Below the pieces are notes generated by a model that had not been told where the DNA came from, made no database searches, and saw nothing but the letters and a program-made list of their open reading frames with translations. From positions 5,928-69,927 of the forward strand of contig MHQW01000047.1 in NCBI GenBank assembly GCA_001820785.1: 64,000 nt of DNA, written 5' to 3'. This DNA comes from Candidatus Sungbacteria bacterium RIFCSPLOWO2_02_FULL_51_17 (GTDB taxonomy: Bacteria; Patescibacteriota; Minisyncoccia; Sungbacterales; GWA2-42-14). Of this stretch, positions 43,225 through 53,219 are shown piece by piece (positions within the stretch are counted from its first letter, which is position 1; every line of letters starts with the position of its first letter). A program made the translations under genes and the position numbers.

Positions 43225-45623
43225 AATAGGTTTGCGATAGTAAACGGTTCATACTGGAATTCAATGGTTGATGTTCCTTCCGGGACCACCACGCTCATGA
43301 ATACTCCGTTCGCGACATAGATGGGCACTGCTGTGCCATTGATGGTCGCGCGCCATCCGGGGACGGCAAATTCACTTACGACAAGAACGCCGGCTCCTTT
43401 TACGCTGGAGGAAAGCATGAGGCGGCCATTCTGCTTTTGCAAGACATCCACCGTTGTTGCATCCATGTGTCCTTGTGGGCATTCGCCGCACTCAAGGAAC
43501 ACCGTGGCGTCCGGCACGGACTTGGTCATTCGCGAAAATATCTCGTCTCCACCGCCACCGACGATCTCCACGAATCCTGCGGCGTACGCATACGGGCGCG
43601 CGTCGGGGTTCCGGAAAAGATATGCGCTGTATCCATATTCCACCGGATGCGGCGCCGACGCGACAGCCACAAACGGGTATCCGATGTCATACGAACTTAT
43701 GATGTAGCGGATGCCGAGAATATCTAAAAACGGCTTGTGCTTTTTGAATTCTGCAATTTTTTCATCCGCGGTTGCCCCCGCCATTCCTTCCAACGCCTCA
43801 AACATATTCTGGACGCGCCGCGCCCGCGCGGAAAGAAGATTGTCGTTATACCCTACCGTGCGAATGCCAAAATAGATGCCGGTATTAGGCGAAAGAGATG
43901 CGATGGCCGAACGGACTTTCGCCTCAACAGGAATGCCGCCGGGGTCGGAAGAAAACTCACTCTCGCTCCGGCGCGAAAGAAACGACAGCGCGGTCCCCGG
44001 ATGCGTTTCAAGATATGCGATAACAGGCGTTCGTTCGCCGATACGTTCTTTTGAAAACAGCGGATAGAAAAAGAAAAGGATGAGCGCCATGCTTACGGCG
44101 GTCACAACCCCCGCTCCCCGTACGAACGCAACCGCAGACATCCTTCCGCGCCGGAAAGACCGAATCAGAAGAAGGCCCGCGGCTATTGCGCCAAAGGAGG
44201 CGATAACGCCGGGTGAAAAAAGATCAACTGTGCGCCCGATGTCGTGGAAATACTTTTCCACAAGCCATTCGTATTGAGCAGATTCAAGCGCCTGCGACGT
44301 ATGCGGATAGTAGTAGGCGAAAAAAAGTCGTTTCAAGATCGCCATAACCTCGGCACCGAATACTGTGAGCACGAGCGACCCCGCAACGGCCACGCCAAGA
44401 AACAGAGTCGAGAGGCGGCTGAACCGCCGATAGAGCATGGTCCCCTCCCCATGACCCGATCGCGCATACTGGTCTACAGCGCTTGCGATAAGGACCGTCG
44501 CCCCGAACGCGCCCACGAACATCCAGCGGGACGGCCCGCGGAAGTAATTCAGCACGGGAATTTTTTGGAGGATCCAAAAGAGCGGCGAGTACTGAATACT
44601 TGCCAGAAGCGACAGCGCAAAAAGCCAGAAAAAGAAACGGCGAATGCCGTCTTCCCGGCGGCGGAATAACGACACGCACAGGAAAAAGAGCGGAAGAAAC
44701 CCATATGAGAACGACGCCTCGGCGTTCGCGATGACGTTCAGCCGAAAGTACGGGAACCAGAGGCGCAGAGCATCCCCAAGCATCATGGGAAGAGTTGCCG
44801 CGCGTTCATAGGAAAGACCGCCTGCGCGATCGGAAAGACCCGAAAAAACCCCCGCCCAATAGAGTTGTGGGAAAGAAAGCGCTACGCCGAACACGGCAAG
44901 TAACGCAAAACCAAAGATAATGCGCATCCGCATGCGGCTATTGTCCGATGCCCATGCGCGATACAAAGCGAAAAGACCTGCCACGAAGAATGCTTGCACA
45001 AAAAATCCGTAAAACGCGGAAGAGAACGCAAGCGCTGTTCCCAGGCCCCCAATCAGAACGCACCACCATGGACGCATGGTTCCCCGTTCAAGAGCCATGA
45101 CAAGAGTGCACAAAAACGGCAGAAGAAACAGCGCCGCGTGCGTGGAAATATCAAGATTGAACAAGAACGCGCTTGTCGCATACGCGATGCACCCGAGGAA
45201 ACGCCCCCAAAATGATATGCCGAGCGTACGTAAAAACGCATCGGCGGCGAGCACGCCAAGCACGACATAAAAAAACACAAGCCAGTGATAATTTTCGGGA
45301 GCGGGCACAAGCCGTACAAACACCCAGGACACGGGAGAAAGAATGCTGTTGGCATGGCTCACAAAACTTGGGAATCCGAAAAATGCGGCGGGCATCCACA
45401 AAAACGACTCGCCCGATTCAAGCGCTCCGCGGAAAAAATAAAAATATGGATAGAACTGGTACAGCAGATCCTGATCAAACACCATGCGCCCAAAAAATAA
45501 AAGAGGCGACATAATCGCCAAAAAAAGTATTGACACATACAGAGTAACGCCGTACCGCCGCTCGCCGATACGCTCAATACGGCTCCACGCGGCTTCCCAC
45601 AAAAAACCATGTGCCGTTATCAT
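43221..45623 (-). CDS. YfhO-family polytopic membrane protein (GT-C-like glycosyltransferase candidate)
   Basis: 800 aa with >12 TM helices and a C-terminal extracytoplasmic beta-rich domain. Size and topology are typical of YfhO. Confidence 0.7.
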   Translation of the reverse strand: MITAHGFLWEAAWSRIERIGERRYGVTLYVSILFLAIMSPLLFFGRMVFDQDLLYQFYPYFYFFRGALESGESFLWMPAAFFGFPSFVSHANSILSPVSWVFVRLVPAPENYHWLVFFYVVLGVLAADAFLRTLGISFWGRFLGCIAYATSAFLFNLDISTHAALFLLPFLCTLVMALERGTMRPWWCVLIGGLGTALAFSSAFYGFFVQAFFVAGLFALYRAWASDNSRMRMRIIFGFALLAVFGVALSFPQLYWAGVFSGLSDRAGGLSYERAATLPMMLGDALRLWFPYFRLNVIANAEASFSYGFLPLFFLCVSLFRRREDGIRRFFFWLFALSLLASIQYSPLFWILQKIPVLNYFRGPSRWMFVGAFGATVLIASAVDQYARSGHGEGTMLYRRFSRLSTLFLGVAVAGSLVLTVFGAEVMAILKRLFFAYYYPHTSQALESAQYEWLVEKYFHDIGRTVDLFSPGVIASFGAIAAGLLLIRSFRRGRMSAVAFVRGAGVVTAVSMALILFFFYPLFSKERIGERTPVIAYLETHPGTALSFLSRRSESEFSSDPGGIPVEAKVRSAIASLSPNTGIYFGIRTVGYNDNLLSARARRVQNMFEALEGMAGATADEKIAEFKKHKPFLDILGIRYIISSYDIGYPFVAVASAPHPVEYGYSAYLFRNPDARPYAYAAGFVEIVGGGGDEIFSRMTKSVPDATVFLECGECPQGHMDATTVDVLQKQNGRLMLSSSVKGAGVLVVSEFAVPGWRATINGTAVPIYVANGVFMSVVVPEGTSTIEFQYEPFTIANLL

Positions 45624-45659
45624 AGATGCAAACCGGTTATGCGGGGACGCGGCATTCCG

Positions 45660-46520
45660 CTAGGCCTCCCGCGCGTTGGTATTGTTAAGCCAATAAGTGT
45701 TAAGGGTCTTCTCAAGTTTTTGTTTTGAAAGGAGTTTTCCGTTTGACCGATCCACGGCCTCAAACACTTCGGCGTCCACATGGCGCGCTCTCATGACGCG
45801 AATAAGCGTTTTGAGATCTTTCGGAAGGCACTTGCCGCCAAAGCCCCGATACCCGCGGTGGACGACCTCAAGATGATTGGCGCCGATCCACGGATCTTTT
45901 TTCATAATGTCTTTCAGAGAGTCGTAGGATACGCCAAAGGCGCCGGCAAGATCGTAAACGTGATTTGCAAAAATAACCTTGTTCGCAAAATACGCATTTC
46001 GGGCATACTTGAATATTTCGGTCGCTTCAGAGGAAAGCGCCGCCTCTGTTTTTGACCGCGGAAGCATGGCAAGCACCCGCGCCGCCTGCCCCTTGCTTTT
46101 GTGCGTGTAGCCGACCAGTTGCGCAACCGGATGTATGAAGTCATACCAGGCGGTTGATTCGGTCAAAAATTCAGGATTATGCAAAAAGCGGTGTCGGGGA
46201 AAGCGCTTTTGCAGATGTGCGGTCGTGCCTGGCGGCACCGTTGATTTGACGACAAATGTTTTCGGATGCGTGAAAAATTTCGCCACAAGCTCAAAGGACG
46301 ACAGATCAACACCCCACACATGTTTCTTGGAGTGCGGCGTCGGCAAACACAAAAAAATGACATCCGCCGCATGAAGATCGGAAAGCGCGCCCACGCCCTT
46401 GAACTTGTCGTAGGCATACATGGGATGCCCCTTGGACGCAAACCACCGCCGCAACTGATCGCCGACCATGCCGAGCGCTACGATGCCGACCGCGGGTTTT
46501 TTGTTCATTATGTTCCTCAT
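45660..46520 (-). CDS. UDP-glucose/GDP-mannose 6-dehydrogenase family protein, short form (paralog of 13076-13888)
   Basis: 286 aa. VGIVALGMVGD, NPEFL, GFGGKCLPKD. No C-terminal UDP-binding domain. Confidence 0.75.
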   Translation of the reverse strand: MRNIMNKKPAVGIVALGMVGDQLRRWFASKGHPMYAYDKFKGVGALSDLHAADVIFLCLPTPHSKKHVWGVDLSSFELVAKFFTHPKTFVVKSTVPPGTTAHLQKRFPRHRFLHNPEFLTESTAWYDFIHPVAQLVGYTHKSKGQAARVLAMLPRSKTEAALSSEATEIFKYARNAYFANKVIFANHVYDLAGAFGVSYDSLKDIMKKDPWIGANHLEVVHRGYRGFGGKCLPKDLKTLIRVMRARHVDAEVFEAVDRSNGKLLSKQKLEKTLNTYWLNNTNAREA

Positions 46521-46550
46521 TATATGTTCGCCCCGGAAAAAGCGGGGGCA

Positions 46551-47276
46551 CTAGACGCTCTCGCCCCGCGCCTCCATCTTTTTTACCATATATTCAGCGC
46601 GAATCCAATCAAACTCATCATCAATATCAATTGAACGCTCTTTCGGAACGACGTATCCCGCGACATGCGCGCCGTAGAGCTTACCTTCCTTCATAAGCGT
46701 GTTGCGCTTCATCGCATATACGGCGCCCGAGCGTTTGTACGCCGGGGGAAATTCCTGGCGGCGCGTCCCCTCCGGTTCGGGAATAGCATAATGCAAAACG
46801 CGGTCTCCCTCAAGTTTTTTCATTTTGATAGGATGCTCGCCCGATGAAACCTGCACAATGCTTACCGCGCTATCCGCCCCCGTTTCAATAAGTTTCTGAA
46901 CCGTTCCATCTATATCTTCTGCCGTGCGAAAGGGGGACGTCGGCTGAAGAATGACAACATACTCAAACGGAGCACCGATGGCCTCTTCCATGAAGGAGAC
47001 GGCGTGCTGCATGACGGGAAGATGCGGGGTTGTGTCCCGAGCAAGCTCTGCGGGGCGCATAAACGGCACAGCGCCTCCCCACTCCTTCGCCACACGCGCG
47101 ATATCGGGATCGTCGGTTGAAACGATGGTATGCGTAAGAAGCCGGCTGTTGCGCGCGGCATCAATGGTGTGCGCAATAAGCGGCCTTCCCATAAGCACCT
47201 TGATATTTTTGCCGGGAAGCCCTTTTGAGCCACCGCGAGCCGTAATGACAGCGAGAATAGCTGGAGAAGAAGACAT
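46551..47276 (-). CDS. neuA: acylneuraminate (nonulosonate) cytidylyltransferase, second copy
   Basis: 241 aa. LAVITARGGSKGLPGKNIKVLMGRPLIAHTI...STDD...PFMRPAELARD. By eye about half the residues are identical to the first copy. Confidence 0.85.
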   Translation of the reverse strand: MSSSPAILAVITARGGSKGLPGKNIKVLMGRPLIAHTIDAARNSRLLTHTIVSTDDPDIARVAKEWGGAVPFMRPAELARDTTPHLPVMQHAVSFMEEAIGAPFEYVVILQPTSPFRTAEDIDGTVQKLIETGADSAVSIVQVSSGEHPIKMKKLEGDRVLHYAIPEPEGTRRQEFPPAYKRSGAVYAMKRNTLMKEGKLYGAHVAGYVVPKERSIDIDDEFDWIRAEYMVKKMEARGESV

Positions 47277-47363
47277 ATGGGGGGAAAATTTCTAATTACT
47301 AGTATCTAATTTCTAAACAAAAATACATGGGGAAATTTCTAATACCTAATTACTAGTTTCTAG
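47277..47363. repeat. AT-rich tandem duplication rich in TCTAAWT heptamers; this is the whole neuC2-neuA2 intergenic spacer
   Basis: Two ~45-nt units: GGGGAAAATTTCTAATTACTAGTATCTAATTTCTAAAC and GGGGAAATTTCTAATACCTAATTACTAGTTTCTAG. Confidence 0.8.
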
Positions 47364-48533
47364 TTACGTTTCGTGTTCCGCAAATTTCTTTTGCGTGTAC
47401 AAAGCAACCGTCGCGAGCTTCTCCGCGATCTTTTTGGAAGTTCCCTCGCCCGCATAGGGGCTTAGAGCTGGGTACCGGCCGACGAAAAGCTGTTTTCTCG
47501 TAGCGGCCACAATGGCGTCGGCATCCATGTCGCAATCAAGGACATTTGCGGCGCGAAGACGGCCGTCTTGGCGGGTTCCCACATTCACCACGGGAACGCC
47601 GAGGATTGAACACTCCTTGATGCCCGCGGACGAATTACCGAGAAGCACCCGGGCGTTCGCCAGAAGCGCTATGAAATCCTCCGGCGGAAGGTAGCGTAAA
47701 AATCTGATGCGATGGTCCTTCTCGCGGTTCTGGAACATGCGAAGTTCGCGCGATATTTCTTCGGCACCCGCGTCAAAGTTCGGCCAGAACCAGAGCGTCT
47801 GCATGCCGATGCCATGTACCGCGGAAAGAAGCACCTGGGTCTCGTCGGAGAGTTTTTCCACCTCGGATGTTACCGGATGGAACATGACAATGAGAAAATC
47901 CTCCTTCATGTTGATCGCAGCGCCGCTCCCCGTTCGCGAAAGGTCGGGCGCGCCGCGCCCCGATGCCGCATATGTTCTGACAACTTCCACGTCCGGACTT
48001 CCATAATTAAAAATATGCTCCTTCCGCTCGCCCATCTGCACGAGACGGGCACGCGCGGGTTCGTTCGTCGGAAAATGGATGTTCGCAAGTTTCGTTACGG
48101 CGTGGCGCACCGATTCGTCTATCGTGCCAGTTACATCGCCGCCCTCTATGTGTGCGACGGGAACATTCATGAACGCGGCCGCGGCGGCGGCCGCAAGGGT
48201 CTCAAACCGGTCTCCACGGATCACCACAAGATCGGGGGAAACCGCCTGAAACACCGAGGCAAATTCAATCATACCGAGACCCGCCGTTTTCGCCTTGGTG
48301 ACGCCGTCAGACCCCTCAAGATTGAAATGAACCTGGTGAATATGCTGAAAACCGTTCCGGCGCATCGCATCGGTGATGTTCGCCGAGTGTGCGACATATT
48401 TGGCGCCGACCGCCGCTCCTCCCAAAACGACGTGCAGTTCCACATCGGGCCTCCTGTTGAGCTCGTCTAATACCAGCAGGTTTCTGCTGTAGTGGATAAA
48501 GTTCGTGATGATAAAGCAGATCTTCCTTTTCAT
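47364..48533 (-). CDS. neuC: UDP-GlcNAc 2-epimerase (hydrolysing) family, second copy (NeuC/LegG-like)
   Basis: 389 aa. VVIRGDRFETLAAAAAAAFMNVPVAHIEGGDVTGTIDESVRHAVTKLANIHF. Confidence 0.8.
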   Translation of the reverse strand: MKRKICFIITNFIHYSRNLLVLDELNRRPDVELHVVLGGAAVGAKYVAHSANITDAMRRNGFQHIHQVHFNLEGSDGVTKAKTAGLGMIEFASVFQAVSPDLVVIRGDRFETLAAAAAAAFMNVPVAHIEGGDVTGTIDESVRHAVTKLANIHFPTNEPARARLVQMGERKEHIFNYGSPDVEVVRTYAASGRGAPDLSRTGSGAAINMKEDFLIVMFHPVTSEVEKLSDETQVLLSAVHGIGMQTLWFWPNFDAGAEEISRELRMFQNREKDHRIRFLRYLPPEDFIALLANARVLLGNSSAGIKECSILGVPVVNVGTRQDGRLRAANVLDCDMDADAIVAATRKQLFVGRYPALSPYAGEGTSKKIAEKLATVALYTQKKFAEHET

Positions 48534-48557
48534 GACATGAATGCGTGGAACCGGAGA

Positions 48558-49682
48558 TCAGACAACATCCTCAAGGCGTAGGGGCTCGTAGCGCGCGACG
48601 GGGCGGCGCAGGGTCTTTCCGAGAAACCGCTCAAACTCCTCTGAGGGGGCTCCTGCGGCATACGCCTGCGGCCGCATGGCATAAATCATGTCTTTGGTGA
48701 GCGCGACGCCAACGGGTATATCGCTCCCAGCAATAAGCGCCTTGCGAAACAACGGACGAAAATGCGTCTCACCTTCCTGAAGCGTTTTACCGCCGCTTCC
48801 AAGATATTTTGCAACCGCGGAACTTCCGAGATAGCGCGCTTTTTTCATTGAATCGTACTCCATGCCGCGGATACCCGCGACCATACGGCGAAATTCCGAC
48901 GGCTCCATGGATACTTTGTGATCGGGCCCCCAGAAGGCGCGGTCAAGCGTGAAGTGCTGTTCTATGATCTTTGCGCCCAAGGCCACCGCCGCGATCGCCG
49001 GCTCCACCCACGGCGAGTTCTGGGAAAATCCGATCGGAATGCCGGAGTAGCGATTCCGGAAAAACGGAATGGTGAGCAAATTTGAATCCTCCGCCGGATA
49101 CGGGTAACGGGAAATCGCGTGCATCACCACAAGCGATGCCCATCTCTTTTTCAAAAATTCAACGGACTGGTCAAGTTCTTCAAGCGTTGACATGCCGGAG
49201 GGAATGATGATGGGTTTTCTCGTTCCCGCCATGAACTCAAGCATCGGGAAATCAAGGATGTCGGAGGACGCCACCTTCCAGAACGGCACGCCGAGAGCAT
49301 GAAGTTTGATTGCCGCGCCGCGCGACATCGGCGTTGAAAAAAAAATGACGCCGAGCGCCCGGCACTTCTCGCGAAGAGGTTTCCAGAAGTCCTCCAGGGG
49401 AGTCGCCGCCTCGTTCCGCTTCACCCACTCGTAGCGGCTGTGCCCCTTGAAGTGCGGCGAATCAACATCAATATCAAGCTGTTCATCGGCAAGGTTATGC
49501 GTTTGGAATTTTACCGCGTTCGCCCCCGCGTCGCGAGCGGCTGTGACAAGCGTTACCGCCTTTTCAAGATAGCGGGAAACGGGCTCCTCGCGTTCGCTTT
49601 GTATGAAATTTTTGCCGATCTCGGCGACTATCATGGTCCTGCCCGAATCAAGCATTGTGTGAAGCTCCTCTGTCATATGCAT
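48558..49682 (-). CDS. neuB: nonulosonate synthase (NeuB/LegI/PseI family) with a SAF domain, second copy
   Basis: MIVAEIGKNF...AGANAVKFQTH...PIGFSQNS. I chose the start at 49682 or 49676; the longer ORF (to 49916) would overlap the upstream gene by 190 nt. Confidence 0.85.
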   Translation of the reverse strand: MHMTEELHTMLDSGRTMIVAEIGKNFIQSEREEPVSRYLEKAVTLVTAARDAGANAVKFQTHNLADEQLDIDVDSPHFKGHSRYEWVKRNEAATPLEDFWKPLREKCRALGVIFFSTPMSRGAAIKLHALGVPFWKVASSDILDFPMLEFMAGTRKPIIIPSGMSTLEELDQSVEFLKKRWASLVVMHAISRYPYPAEDSNLLTIPFFRNRYSGIPIGFSQNSPWVEPAIAAVALGAKIIEQHFTLDRAFWGPDHKVSMEPSEFRRMVAGIRGMEYDSMKKARYLGSSAVAKYLGSGGKTLQEGETHFRPLFRKALIAGSDIPVGVALTKDMIYAMRPQAYAAGAPSEEFERFLGKTLRRPVARYEPLRLEDVV

Positions 49683-49725
49683 ATATAATGGGTTGTGCGC
49701 ACTTTTTGTTACACTATGCGAGCTT

Positions 49726-51120
49726 TTAAACCGTATACACCGCATCGCGAATGGCCCCCGCAACACGCTTTCCCGCGCCTCCATCAAGCTCCCCAACATA
49801 TTCACGGATGAGATCGCCTCGGCGTGCCGCCTCTTCGTCCGGGTGTTCAAGACACGCCCGCACATCCCGCACCAAGTCGTCATATGAGCGCGAAAGTTTA
49901 AATCCGCCAATCGCAAGAAGCGGACGGATGTGGTCTTGCTTGTAGAGCATCGCCAAACTTTTCGTCACAGGGGCGTTGGGCATCGTCTCAAAACACAAGT
50001 TGATAACGGGGCGGCCCAGCACCGCGGCCTCTATCGTAACTGTTGAAACAAAATTCACCGTAATGGCGGAGTAGTGGATCGTATCGGCAAGATGCTGCTT
50101 GTCGTCGCCGTTGAACTCCCAATCATATCGCGTTTTGGTGTCGGGAAATTTCTGGCCGGGTTGCACGAAATAAATGACCTTGCTTCCCGCAAATTCGGGA
50201 AGATCGCGCGAGGTATAGCTCGGCGGATACCTAACAAGGACCGCAAGATCGGAGGGCAAGACGCCACTTTGTATCTTCTCCTCAAGAAATTTCAAGATCG
50301 CAACCGTTGAATCGGTATACATCTCAAAAAGCGGCGAGAAAAAAATAAAGCGCTTTCCGACGGGAAGCCCCGCTTTTTTGTAGAACTCCTCGAGCGGGCT
50401 TGGCCGGTACCCGAAGTAGTGATCAAAACTCGGCACGCCGACCGTACGAATGGCGCTAGACGCCATATCGGCAAGACGCTCGGCCTCATCGGCCATGCGC
50501 TTTGTTTGTACAAGCAAAACGTCCGGCTGGACGCGAACAACGCCCTTTGAAGTAAGGTTGTCCCATGAGCGGACCATCGCCACCGTTTTAATGCCGCGGC
50601 GTTTCGCCTCGCGAAGAAGGATTGAATCGTTCGCGTTGAGTCCCAGAACATCGGAGGCAAACACCGCTTCGGGCCGGTACTTATCAAAATAGTCGTCGTA
50701 CACGGAGCTTGTGGTCAGGCGGAGATCTGCCGCGCGAAACAAGCGCCGCAGTATTCGCGAACCGCCAAACACCTTTGAGATGCCGCGCTCGGCGATATAT
50801 TCAAAACGTTTTCCATTATTGAGTAGGCGCTTTGACTGAAGATAATACACGTCCCAAGTATCAAGAAGGTTCGCGGCGATAAATTTCAGTATTTTTTCGG
50901 TCATGGTGCGTTCCTGTTGAACCGGCACCGCCTCAAATAGCAATCGCGGGTAATATCCTTTAAATGTGTTCCGGTAATATTCAAGTTTCGTGGGACGGCA
51001 AAAAACCACCACCCGAAGGGCAGGGTCGGCCATCAGTTCATGAATGGCGGCCGTCTGCAACATGATCGCCGACTGAAGCCCATGATAAATGGGCATGAAA
51101 ATTGTTTTCTGTGTCGTCAT
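49726..51120 (-). CDS. uncharacterised GT-B-like protein, paralog of 17650-19014 (candidate nonulosonate/sugar transferase)
   Basis: 464 aa from MTTQKTIFMPIY. See the shared segments listed under 17650-19014. Confidence 0.6.
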   Translation of the reverse strand: MTTQKTIFMPIYHGLQSAIMLQTAAIHELMADPALRVVVFCRPTKLEYYRNTFKGYYPRLLFEAVPVQQERTMTEKILKFIAANLLDTWDVYYLQSKRLLNNGKRFEYIAERGISKVFGGSRILRRLFRAADLRLTTSSVYDDYFDKYRPEAVFASDVLGLNANDSILLREAKRRGIKTVAMVRSWDNLTSKGVVRVQPDVLLVQTKRMADEAERLADMASSAIRTVGVPSFDHYFGYRPSPLEEFYKKAGLPVGKRFIFFSPLFEMYTDSTVAILKFLEEKIQSGVLPSDLAVLVRYPPSYTSRDLPEFAGSKVIYFVQPGQKFPDTKTRYDWEFNGDDKQHLADTIHYSAITVNFVSTVTIEAAVLGRPVINLCFETMPNAPVTKSLAMLYKQDHIRPLLAIGGFKLSRSYDDLVRDVRACLEHPDEEAARRGDLIREYVGELDGGAGKRVAGAIRDAVYTV

Positions 51121-51142
51121 GCTTCTGGAAACATGTGGTGGA

Positions 51143-51703
51143 TCATCCGGTGTTTTCGGTACGCTCCTTGACAACCATTGGATTTCCGTACACAACAGAG
51201 TTCGCGGGCACGGACTTATTGCAAAGCGTTAATGCGCCGATGACCACATGATCCCCGATATCAATATCTCCAATCAATTTTGACCCAGCACCTACATAGA
51301 CGTTATCTCCCAGACGAGGCATGGGGGAAGGAAGACGATCCTTCTTTCCCAGTGATACGCCGCCGAGAAGCGTACAGTTACGCCCGATGACCGCCCCCGT
51401 CCCCACCACAATGCCCTGCATATGCACCACGCGAAACCCGGGGCCGATCGCCGCCTTATACGAAATGTCGTTTGCGAACCGATAGATACGCGCGATATTC
51501 ATGCGCTTTGTGATGTATCGCGCGAGCCGCCCATGTTTTGTATAAAAAAATTGGTTCACGCGAAGCCAGAACACACAGGTAAATTCGGGGGAGTTCCGCA
51601 AAAGATACAGCAGGGATTTTAGCGTGCGAAGAGGTGAAAACTCTGAGGCGTCAATGTGATACGCCTTCATGTCGCCAAGAATATTTTTTTTGAGGTCATG
51701 CAT
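51143..51703 (-). CDS. hexapeptide-repeat O-acetyltransferase (serine acetyltransferase/CysE-like, LbH)
   Basis: 186 aa. IGPGFRVVHMQGIVVGTGAVIGRNCTLLGGVSLG...VYVGAGSKLIGDIDIGDHVVIGA. Confidence 0.85.
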   Translation of the reverse strand: MHDLKKNILGDMKAYHIDASEFSPLRTLKSLLYLLRNSPEFTCVFWLRVNQFFYTKHGRLARYITKRMNIARIYRFANDISYKAAIGPGFRVVHMQGIVVGTGAVIGRNCTLLGGVSLGKKDRLPSPMPRLGDNVYVGAGSKLIGDIDIGDHVVIGALTLCNKSVPANSVVYGNPMVVKERTENTG

Positions 51704-51714
51704 GATGGAAAACG

Positions 51715-52428
51715 TTATTCGGAAATGATGTCGCCTGCCTCAAGGCGGTGATAGGTGTTTGCTTGAAGCAATTCTTCGTGTACGTGTGCCGCCGCGCCCA
51801 CGATCCGCGAAAGAAGGAAAAATGCGCCGGTGATGCGCCGATCAAAGCCAAGCTCAAGGGACGCGGCGGCAATCGCGCCATCTACGTTCAACGGGAGCGC
51901 TTTTCCCTTTTTCTTCTCAAGCAATCGCGCTATCGCGCGCGCCTTTTTGAAATACGCGCAGGGAAAACCAAGTGCTTTCGCGCGGGCATAGAGCGCCTCT
52001 GCGCGTGGATCTTCTTTTTTATATAGTTTATGCCCGAAGCCGGGAATGCTCGCCTTACGCTTGGAAAAATCAGCGACGATCGCCGCAGGGCTTTTTTTCT
52101 GCCACAAGAGTTCCGCCGCGTCCCGCACCGCGCCTCCGTGATGTTTCCCCACCGCAAGCATACCCGATGCAATCGCGGCCTCAAACGATGCGCCGGTGGA
52201 TGCGGCTATCCGCGGAATGAATACCGAGGGTGCCTCAATACCATTTTCCGTTGCCGCTACCAGTAGGGCTTCCAAAAGCCGCCGCTCGCGCGATAATGGC
52301 ATGTCGCCCCGCAGAAGCAAAAAAATGACGTCGGAAAAAGAGCGCGTGGAAATAAGCTCTGCGATATCGCGCCCCCTGATGGAGTGGACGCCGTTCACCG
52401 TTTTACTGATATTCGTACGAAATTTCAC
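51715..52428 (-). CDS. short citrate-synthase-fold protein (citryl-CoA lyase-like)
   Basis: 237 aa. IRGRDI...LLLRGDMP...LVAATENGIEAPS...GKHHGGA...IPGFGHKLYKKEDPRA...LPLNVDG. Only the catalytic core of the citrate synthase family is present. Confidence 0.75.
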   Translation of the reverse strand: MKFRTNISKTVNGVHSIRGRDIAELISTRSFSDVIFLLLRGDMPLSRERRLLEALLVAATENGIEAPSVFIPRIAASTGASFEAAIASGMLAVGKHHGGAVRDAAELLWQKKSPAAIVADFSKRKASIPGFGHKLYKKEDPRAEALYARAKALGFPCAYFKKARAIARLLEKKKGKALPLNVDGAIAAASLELGFDRRITGAFFLLSRIVGAAAHVHEELLQANTYHRLEAGDIISE

Positions 52429-52602
52429 TTTTAGTTTTAAGATAACGCGATACGAGAGATCCAGACGCTAAGAGAAATACCCTGTTCGTCACCCGCGTCC
52501 ATGCGCACATTAAAGCACTTTTGAGGATTTCGTTCCACTTGACAAAAAAACGATAACCCGACTTCGGTGGGATTTTTGCAGAACACTTTTAGTTGTACTT
52601 CC

Positions 52603-52902
52603 TCATTTCTTTTCTCTGACAACGCTCTTTTTCCCATTCTCGGGTTTCTGCCAAACTCGCAACATCCTATCTAATATTGGCTGCTCTATTTCTTCTTTCG
52701 GCAGCTTCACCACTGTTAATCCCTCCGGCTCAAGAAAGGAGCTGTAACTTACGTACGCCCCCTTCGGGTCAAGAACACGGACGATCTCAGCCGTGCGAAG
52801 ATCGTGCGTATCAGCGCCGGGAATAAGCTCGCTTAATCGGACGATCGGATTGGGCGGCCTCTCCGGGTACCAGTGCTCTTTGTTTGGGGATTCTATTCCC
52901 AT
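52603..52902 (-). CDS. hypothetical protein
   Basis: 99-aa ORF with GC content close to its neighbours. I recognise no motif. Confidence 0.35.
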   Translation of the reverse strand: MGIESPNKEHWYPERPPNPIVRLSELIPGADTHDLRTAEIVRVLDPKGAYVSYSSFLEPEGLTVVKLPKEEIEQPILDRMLRVWQKPENGKKSVVREKK

Positions 52903-53219
52903 AGATTGATGATAGAAATTAAAAGTACCTGGAAATAAAGGTACCTGACACCTATTTTATTCTTTTTTTCCCGACCGATAGCACAAACAAAAGTGGTTGC
53001 ATCTGATAACCATTTTTCTAGGTCTGATTCCAAAATTTCTGTAGGAGAAACAAAAAATCCATACGATCGTGACTCATGCGCACCTCGACAATGCCTACTG
53101 AGTACGCACTTTTTAACAATCGGCAACGAAGAAAATTTATCAATAAATTTGTGTGGATAAAAGGATTTTGGCAACGAATGTCCACTACCTCCCGTTTCTA
53201 CAAGCACAGCTACACACAT
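52893..53219 (-). CDS. hypothetical ORF inside the AT-rich island
   Basis: 108-aa ORF. Its 3' end crosses the left inverted-repeat arm at 52937-52952, so it may be fortuitous. Confidence 0.2.
   Translation of the reverse strand: MCVAVLVETGGSGHSLPKSFYPHKFIDKFSSLPIVKKCVLSRHCRGAHESRSYGFFVSPTEILESDLEKWLSDATTFVCAIGREKKNKIGVRYLYFQVLLISIINLWE

Noticed and set aside
49683-49916. N-terminal 78-aa extension of the neuB2 ORF (MRLADLNFRAHMTTWCGMCG...).
   Set aside because: It would overlap the upstream gene by ~190 nt and has no counterpart in NeuB-family proteins. The conserved core begins right after the Met at 49682/49676.
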